A stretch of DNA of 64,000 nt from the human T2T-CHM13v2.0 reference genome, Homo sapiens. Position numbers and translations under genes: made by a program. The stretch lies in assembly GCF_009914755.1 (NCBI RefSeq), contig NC_060929.1, one strand, 5' to 3'. Numbering within the stretch: position 1 is the first letter of the stretch; each line of letters starts with the position of its first letter. The notes below the pieces were generated by a model. It worked only from the letters and a program-made list of their open reading frames with translations. It searched no databases and had not been told where the DNA came from. Below are positions 56,681-64,000 of the stretch, piece after piece.

Positions 56681-58169
56681 AACTAGGGCTAGAAATTCAG
56701 AGTGGTCAGTTTAGCCTTTAGCATCTCTTATACCTGACATGATATATATCTGAAATCCCCTGACCATGCCCCACTCCAAACAAAATATAGGTGCCAGGTA
56801 CTGATGATATGCAGCTGGATGAGGAAGACAGAATTCCTAGTGCCATGGAATGCCCAGTGTAAACACAAACAAACAAAAAAACCTAGGTAGCTGCTCTGGC
56901 CTTGGGCAGACTTGCGAAGGGTGACTTAGGTCCTTAGCGTGTCCATATCATACCTTTCTCTTCCTTAATCCCCTTCTTTCTGTCCTGCCCACGTGAAAAC
57001 TTGCTCTCAGGTATGGCTCTAACTTTAGTCATTTTTAATTCAGTTCAAGCTATTCTGAGGATGAATCATGTTTGCAAGCCAGACAGTGTGCCCCTGGGGG
57101 AAGGGACTGTGTCTCTATTTCTTTGTATGGACACGCTTCTCTCCTAGCCCTCTTCCCAGTTCCATTTCCTGCAATAACATGTTGCTTGCATTTTAAGTAG
57201 TATAGTGCTGAAGAGCACTAGCTTTGGCACCATGGACTTGGGGGTTTGAATCTGCAGTTTCTTAGCTGTGTAATCTGGGGCAAATCAAGGCACTTCTTGG
57301 CAGCCTCAGTTTCCTCATCTATAAAATGGGCTTGATAATTTTTAACTTCAGACAGTTGTGAAGACTGTATAAAATAATGCATGGAACATGATGAAATCTA
57401 GGATATAAAGAACACTCAATGAATGGCATATTGTTATCAATAGTTATTAAACTTCCTTTTCTTATATGGAAGAATAGGTTTTATCTGGAGTATATGATAA
57501 AATGAATGTCAGACTCCAGTGAATTGTTTAGAAGCTTTGGGGAAGAGTCTGTTTTCCCTGAAGCACAGTTCCAATATTGATAGTCCCTTTCCAAGCAGCC
57601 TGGAACTCACATCTTCTAATGCCTCCAGAATCACTCATTGCGAAACCCTTCCGATGCTTTCCTATGGTCTCACCAATGCTGATGCTAAAACCAACTCGAG
57701 CCAGTCCTAAATCTTCTCTTCAGGGAGTTTAATGCCTTGAAAAGGTTTCAAGCTTATTTTAATTGAATTATTTCATTCAGTGTCAGGCTTAAAGAGCACC
57801 CTACAGGGCTCCAGCTCTGAATGAATGCATTAAAAAATCAAATAATACAGATTATGGCATAATCCTTGAGGGAGATATAAATAGAATCCCCTCTGTTGCC
57901 TTTTTATTTGTCTATGTTGGTTAATAAACACACTTCTATAGCATTTGCTTTTCCCTTTTCTCCCCTAATGCTCTTTAGTTGCCTTCGTAAGGAAGAGAAT
58001 AAAACTCAGAATATAACAAAATGTTGGGGAAGAATTTACCATATGAATATTCAGGGCTGGAAGGGATTTTAGACATTATCTGGTCTAATTTCTACATAAT
58101 TTACCTGGTGTGGGCAGAGGTGTAGAGAAGGAGATGGGTTGGCCAAGGTCATTGAACTTCTCTTCCAGC

Positions 58170-59066
58170 TCAACATCACTCATCATCAGAAAAATGCAAA
58201 TCTGAACCACAATGAGATATCATCTCACCCCAGTCAGAACGGCTATTGTCAGAAAGACAAAAAAATAACAAATGTCAGTAAGGCTTTGGGGAAAATTATA
58301 CACTGTTGGTGTATACACTGTTGGTAGAAATGTAAGTTAGTACAGCCCTTATGGAAAACAGTATGAAGGTTTCTCAAATAATTAAAAATAGAAATAACTG
58401 CGAGATGGTCTGGCAGTACCCACCATTGGGTGTTTATCCAAAGGAAAGGAGATCAGTACATCAAAAGGACAATTGCACCCCCATGTTTATTGCAGTGCCA
58501 TTCACAATAGCCAAGATGTGGAATCAACCTAAGTGTCAATCAATAGATGAATGGATAAAGAAAAGGTGGTATATATATGCAATAGAATACTATTCATCCA
58601 TAAAAAAGAATGAAATCCTGTCATTTGCAGAAATATTGATGGAACTGGAGATCATTATGTTAAGTGGAATAAGCCAGGCACAGATAGACAAACTTTGCGT
58701 GTTCTCACTCATAAGTGGGAGCTAAAAAAGTTAATCTCATGAAGGTAGAGAGTAGAATGATGGTTACCAGTGGCTGGGAAGGGTGGAGGTGAAGATGAAT
58801 GGAGGTTGGTTAATGGGTATAAAAATACATTTAGATAGAAGGAATAAGTTCTAGTATTGGCTGGTATAGAAGGGAGACTATAGTTAACAATAATTTATTG
58901 TATATTTCAAAATGGCTGGAAGAGAACATTTGAGATGTTCATAACACAAAGAAATGACAAATGTTTGAGGTTCTGGATAACCTAAATACCCTGATTACAC
59001 ATTGTATGCATGTATCAAAATATCACCTGTACCACATAAATATGTATAATTATGTTTCAATAAAAT
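58170..59066 (+). mobile_element. L1MA-type LINE-1 (ORF2 C-terminus + 3' UTR)
   Basis: ORF 58351-58725 PMFIA..FTIAKMWNQPKC..DEWIKK..EYYSSIKKNEILSF is the L1 ORF2p C-terminus. Confidence 0.92.
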
Positions 59067-60224
59067 TGAGATTAAGGACCGTATATTCTCAGTATTCATT
59101 GTGTGTATATATGGGATTTTGATTACAGAATACTGTGTATAGACACACACAGACATATACACATCAGTGGAGACAACTCCATTCATTAGGCTGTTTCTTG
59201 GGGAGCACACTTTGTCTTAAAAAAAAGACTTTGCTTAGGGTAGGGTGAATCTTAAGTATTAAAAAATGCTGCTTAATTGTTCAAATAGTAAAGCAGGTGT
59301 TTTGGAGGGAGGCAGGATCCAACGAGGCTGGACATTGTGTGGGAAGAAGAGAGAAACTCGATATTCTTTCCTGGCCTCCCTTCTACTCTTTCTTCTTGAC
59401 CCCTCCCTGCCTTTTCCTCAAGCAAAGCCTAGGAGGGCCTTAGAGAACAGAGACCTAATGAGGCAAATGAGAAGTGGTTACTATGGGGCATGTGATGTGA
59501 ACCCCCTTCTCCATGTTTCCTCTGAGATCTTGTCTCACCTGTTGTTCTCTGCTTCTTTCAGTGAGTGTGGAAGATGTACTTAAAGTGTTGACAGTTGTTG
59601 GGCAATAGAAATTTGCCTTCTTTCCCTTTTTTTTTTTCCTTCGTTGCCCAGTTAAAACCTTTTCGCTGCTTGGGTGAACTCAGAGGTACTGATCAGCCTC
59701 TTCTGGATCTTCCCTTGAGGCAGGTTTTTCTGGGGTGTTCCTTCCTCATGGAGCAGGGCATGTGGCTGGCTTCAGCACTGGCCCTTCACAGCAGTAGCCA
59801 TAGGCGTGGGGGCCTTTTTGGTCATCATTATGGGAGAGTCTGTTCATGATGCTCTGATAAAAGTTTATAACCTGGGGTTTTGGATCCATACCTTATTCAT
59901 AGTATTTCATTTTCTCTCTATCTTGGAGAACAGACTTGGGGAAAAGAAAGACAAAACCTGACACATTAAGTTCCTGCAAAGTTTGTTTCATTTATTTTTC
60001 ACATCAGACCTTATTTTGCAGGTGAGAAAACTGAGGTATAGAGAGCTTGATGATGTACAGAAAGTTACATAGTAGAGCAGGGATTATCTAAGATCAGTCT
60101 GATACCAAAGTGAGCTTGTTTGTTTTTAATAATTCCAATGGACCAGAGATGAACACTTAAAGAATCTAGCTGGAGTTAGTTAACTTAGGGGTGGGAAAAA
60201 TGTTTTACTTATAGAAAATATCCT

Positions 60225-61037
60225 TCAAAAGAAGGAAATCCTGCCACTTGTGACAACATGAATAAACTCAGAGAGGATATTATGTTAGGTAAAGCAGAAA
60301 GACAAACACTGCATGTGCTCACTTATATGTGGAATATAAAGAGACTGAACTTATAGAAACACAGAGTAGAAAAGTGGTTGCCAGAGACTGGGGGTGGGGG
60401 AACTGGGAGGATTTTGATCAAAGGGTAAAAATTTTGAGTTACAAGATAATAAGTTCTGGAGATAAAATGTACAGCATGATGAGTATAGTTGATAATAATG
60501 TATTGTATGCTTGATATTTGCTAAGAGAATAGATCTTAGATCTTAAGCATTCTCTCCACATGCATGCACGCATGCACACACACAGGCACAAAAGTAGCTA
60601 GTCATGAGTCATTTAATGACAGGGATGTATTCTGAGCAGTGTGTCATTAGGTGATTTCATCTTGGTGTGAACATCATAGAGTGTGCTTACACAAACCTAG
60701 ATGGCAGAGCCTACTACACACCCAGGCTGTATGGTCTAGCCTATTGTTCTTAGGCTACAAACCTGTACAGCATGTGCTAAATACTGTAGGCAATTGTAAA
60801 ACAATGGTGTTTGTGTATCTAAACATAGAAAAGGTAAAGTAAAAATGCAGTATAATCCTATGAGACCACTGTTGCATATGCCATCCATCCACTGAAATGT
60901 GATTTGGCACATACCTGTATAGGAGGTATGAATGTGTTAATTAGCTTGACTGTGGTAATCGCTTCACAGTGTATATCAAAACATCACATTGTGCACACTA
61001 AATATCTACATTTTTTGTCAATTATAACTCAATAAAC
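60225..61037 (+). mobile_element. L1MA9/L1MB 3' end split by a Tigger element
   Basis: aaggaaatcctgccacttgtgacaacatg...taattagcttgactgtggtaatc...aaaacatcacattgt...caataaa. Confidence 0.85.
60599..60917 (+). mobile_element. Tigger3a/MER7A
   Basis: agtcatg...acagggatgtattctgag...aacatcatagagtgtgcttacacaaacctagatgg...ctgta. Confidence 0.85.
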
Positions 61038-61506
61038 ATGGGGGGATATCTACAAGCCTCTATTTTTTCCTTCTGAGCAAGAAATAAGAAGAGACAAAAA
61101 CTGCCACTTGAGGGGATGAGGGTAGTAATTAAGCAAAAAAGAATCCTTGACAATGATGAGACATTCATTGGACATTGGAATTGGTTGCCAAGTATTTAAA
61201 CAGGCTGAGCTTTTCCTTAAGGGTGATCTTATCTATTAACTGCCTGAGAGGGGAAAGCATAGACAAGATGATGTCTTCAGCCCCTTGAAAGCTGTGTTTG
61301 GCAAAGAATGGTCTGAGACCATGTATATCAAAATTGCCTGGGGTGCTTGAACTGGAGATTTTCATTTTTTACAAGTTTCCTTTATCAATCATGGTCCAGT
61401 CAGAAAAACAGCAATGGAGAGAGATTTAATGCAAGGAATCAGTTACTGTATCAGTTATTTATTTTAGGGTAACAAAACATACTAATACCAGTAGCTTAAA
61501 ACAGAA

Positions 61507-62098
61507 TGTTAGAAATAAACTTTCGGTGCTGCAAAAGAAATAGCACTTGAGCATAAATTTTTTCAGCAAGGCAATTTACTTCTATAGAAGGGTGCATCTC
61601 ACCAATGGAGCAATGGTGAAAGCACACCGGACAAGGGAGGGGAAGGGGTTCTTATCCTAATGCAGCTGGTCCCTACTGCTGTGTCTTTCCCCTATTGGCT
61701 AGGGTTGGACCACACAGTGTAAGCTAATTACAACTGGCTATTTTAAAGAGAGCAGGGGTACAAGCCAGAGTGGCGGGGTGAGTAGTTAGGCGGGAAGGAT
61801 GGTTACAGAACAGGTGACTCAGGATGACTAGGAACAGAGCAGGTGACCAAGGATGACTAAGGTCAGAGCAAGTGACCAAGGGTGACTAAGGTCAGAGCAG
61901 GTGATAGAGGCTGGGAGAGGGTTGTTTACTGAAACTGGGGGCAAGGAGAAGTAAAGAACAAGGGAGTTAAACTTTAAAATGAGGAACAAAGGACAGGGGA
62001 GCTGAATATACTGATACATTGGTTTTTTATCTCAGAACTCATTGCACTTAACAATTTACAGGCTAAAACCTTTGAAGAGAAATTTATTATATCCTACA
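61507..62098 (-). mobile_element. LTR10 (probably LTR10C; HERV-I/ERV1) solo LTR with internal tandem repeat
   Basis: The reverse complement begins tgtaggatataataaatttctcttcaaaggttttagcc; perfect 5-bp TSD CAGAA. Confidence 0.85.
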
Positions 62099-62219
62099 CA
62101 GAACAATCATTTATTACTGCTCATAAGTCTACTGGTAATTGGAATTGTACTGGGTTCCCTTGTATGCCTGAGGTGAGTGTCAGGCCAGTGGGGTGGCTCT
62201 GATTCTAGGGTCTGGATGG

Positions 62220-62583
62220 TGTATTAGTCTGTTTTCATGCTGCTGATAAAGACATACCCAAGACTGGGTAATTTATAAAGAAAAAGAGGTTTAATGGACT
62301 CACAGTTCCATGTGGCTAGGGAGGCCTAACAATCACGGTGGAAAGCAAAAGGCACGTCTTACATGGCGTCAGACAAGAGAGAATCAGAGGGCCAAGCGGA
62401 AGGGGTTTCCCCTTATAAAACCATCAGCTCTTGTGAGACTTATTCACTACTATGAGAACAGTATGGGGGAAACTGCACCCATGATTCAATTATCTCCCAC
62501 TGGCTCCCTCCCACAACATGTGGGAATTATGGGAGCTACAATTCAAGATGAGATTTGGGAGGGGACACAGCAAAACCATATCA
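62220..62583 (-). mobile_element. THE1B-like MaLR solo LTR
   Basis: tgtattagtctgttttcatgctgctgataaagacataccc...aaccatatca; perfect TSD GATGG. Confidence 0.95.
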
Positions 62584-63149
62584 GATGGTTATTGGCTGGG
62601 GCCACTTGCTTCTACTCCGTGACGTCTCTCATCTTCTAGCAGGCTAGCCTGGGCTTGTTCATATGGCAGCACAGCAGGATTCCCAAAGTAACAGTGGAAG
62701 CATGCAAAGTCTCTTTAGATTTAGAATCAGAACTGATACCATAATGCTTTGGCTGCAATTTATTGGCCAGAGAAATTCATAAGGCCAGCCCAGATTTAAG
62801 AGGTAGAGAAAAGACCAGCCCAGACTCAAGAGGTGGAGAAATGGAATTAATATTTTGATAAGAGAAGCTTTAAAGTCACATTGCAAAGCATTGTGGAGAG
62901 AGGGAAGGGATTAATTGAGACCACTTTCTGCCAATCATCTACCATAGTTATAAAGGTGTTAAGAGGGCTGGAGGAATAGAAGGAAGGAGTATGCTAAGGA
63001 TTAAAAAGAAGAAGGAGGCCTCTTGGTAAGGATGCTGCTGGTCTGGAGCTTTCATGGGCAGTGCTGGGGCCTCAGAGGGACATGTGTCATGCTGCTGCTG
63101 CTAGAATTGCTGAAGAGACAGCAAACTCTGCCAATGCTAGAATCAGGAT

Positions 63150-63152
<3 letters not shown>

Positions 63153-63180
<28 letters not shown>

Positions 63181-63208
63181 GAGACGGAGTCTGGCTCTGT
63201 CGCCCAGG
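63153..63208 (-). mobile_element. Extremely 5'-truncated young Alu (~24-28 bp of 3' end plus pure A-tail)
   Basis: T28 + gagacggagtctggctctgtcgcccagg; perfect TSD CAGGATGACTT at 63144 and 63205. Confidence 0.92.
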
Positions 63209-64000
63209 ATGACTTCTTTCTTGCTGCCAATGAGTCACATTGGCTGAACCTAACCAACAGCCCTGGCAAGGGAATCTGGGAAGTGCAGCATGTAGGCTTC
63301 CAGGGCTGGCAGTATAGAGCAGAGTACAGAAGCTGTGGGATTCTTATCATTGCAAAGTTTGAAGACCCATTGCTCTAATATGCTATGATTCCAGGGCAGT
63401 AGTAAAATGTAAGCCCCATTCTATAGAGGAACACTGGCTGAGTCAACTGTGAAGTGGTGAAGGATTCCCAGGGAATTACTCTTGTTGATTTCGCACTGTG
63501 GCTTGGCTATGGGTAGAGTTGTGATTAGATAACTCATTTGAAAGGGCAAGAAAGTCAGATTTTAATCACATCATTATCTTGAAAGAGGTTATCTCTATGG
63601 AGAAAGAATAGATATAAAAATCTGATGTTTGCCAGCTGATGTGCTGTTTGGTGAATTGTCTTAGCTATTAGGACAGAGAATATTCACATGCATGTGTACG
63701 TGAGTGGGGTGTAGAGGGATGGACAATCAGAATGAAAAACTTCAAGGATGTGAATCACATGGAAATGATTAAGCAAAAAGCCAGTCTGCCAAAAGTCTGT
63801 CAGAAGACACAACTCTAGATTCTTTAATGAGAAAAAGAGATTTATAGGCATATTATTAGAGAAATCCAGTAGCTGCCATTTAGAGCCGATTACAAACTAC
63901 TCCAGTTGTGTGGACACCCACAGGATGGGGTAAGGGGCAGGAAGGCAGAAGAGAGGGGAACAAATAGCACAAGGACATTTGCTACTGGGTAGTTTATAAA

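Larger units (their letters stand above)
61447..62946 (-). mobile_element. MLT1G/H-like MaLR LTR hosting LTR10 and THE1; itself inside an older ERVL-like LTR (~61390-63340)
   Basis: tgtatcagtt...gtaacaaaac...tagcttaaaac | aatcatttattactgctcat...caggctagcctgggcttgttc...tctaccata. Confidence 0.7.

Overview
This is primate (human-like) genomic DNA. The Alu J/S, L1PA/PB/MA, THE1, MER41 and LTR10 repeats show this; it is not prokaryotic. I see no credible protein-coding exon, tRNA, rRNA or CRISPR array. The first ~1.9 kb looks like the end of a + strand 3' UTR (AATAAA at 1905-1910), but I cannot identify the gene. The remaining ~62 kb is repeat-rich non-coding sequence. Most listed ORFs derive from Alu, L1, LTR or microsatellite sequence. 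The most unusual structures are: (1) a nearly perfect 33-bp x 11.5 CpG-retaining quasi-palindromic minisatellite (12980-13359); (2) a ~1-kb G-rich (TG)n compound tract followed by an inverted duplication with ~175-bp arms (19752-20532); (3) a 534-bp insertion with a perfect 16-bp TSD carrying half an Alu plus a Charlie transposase fragment (37641-38206); (4) an L1PA with an apparent 32-bp 3' transduction; (5) a very young, extremely 5'-truncated Alu (63144-63215); (6) a CTCF site with its upstream motif, and RFX X-boxes; (7) several multi-level nested TE clusters. I found no evidence of a new multi-gene system. Repeat subfamily names come from recalled consensus sequences and need RepeatMasker/Dfam confirmation.
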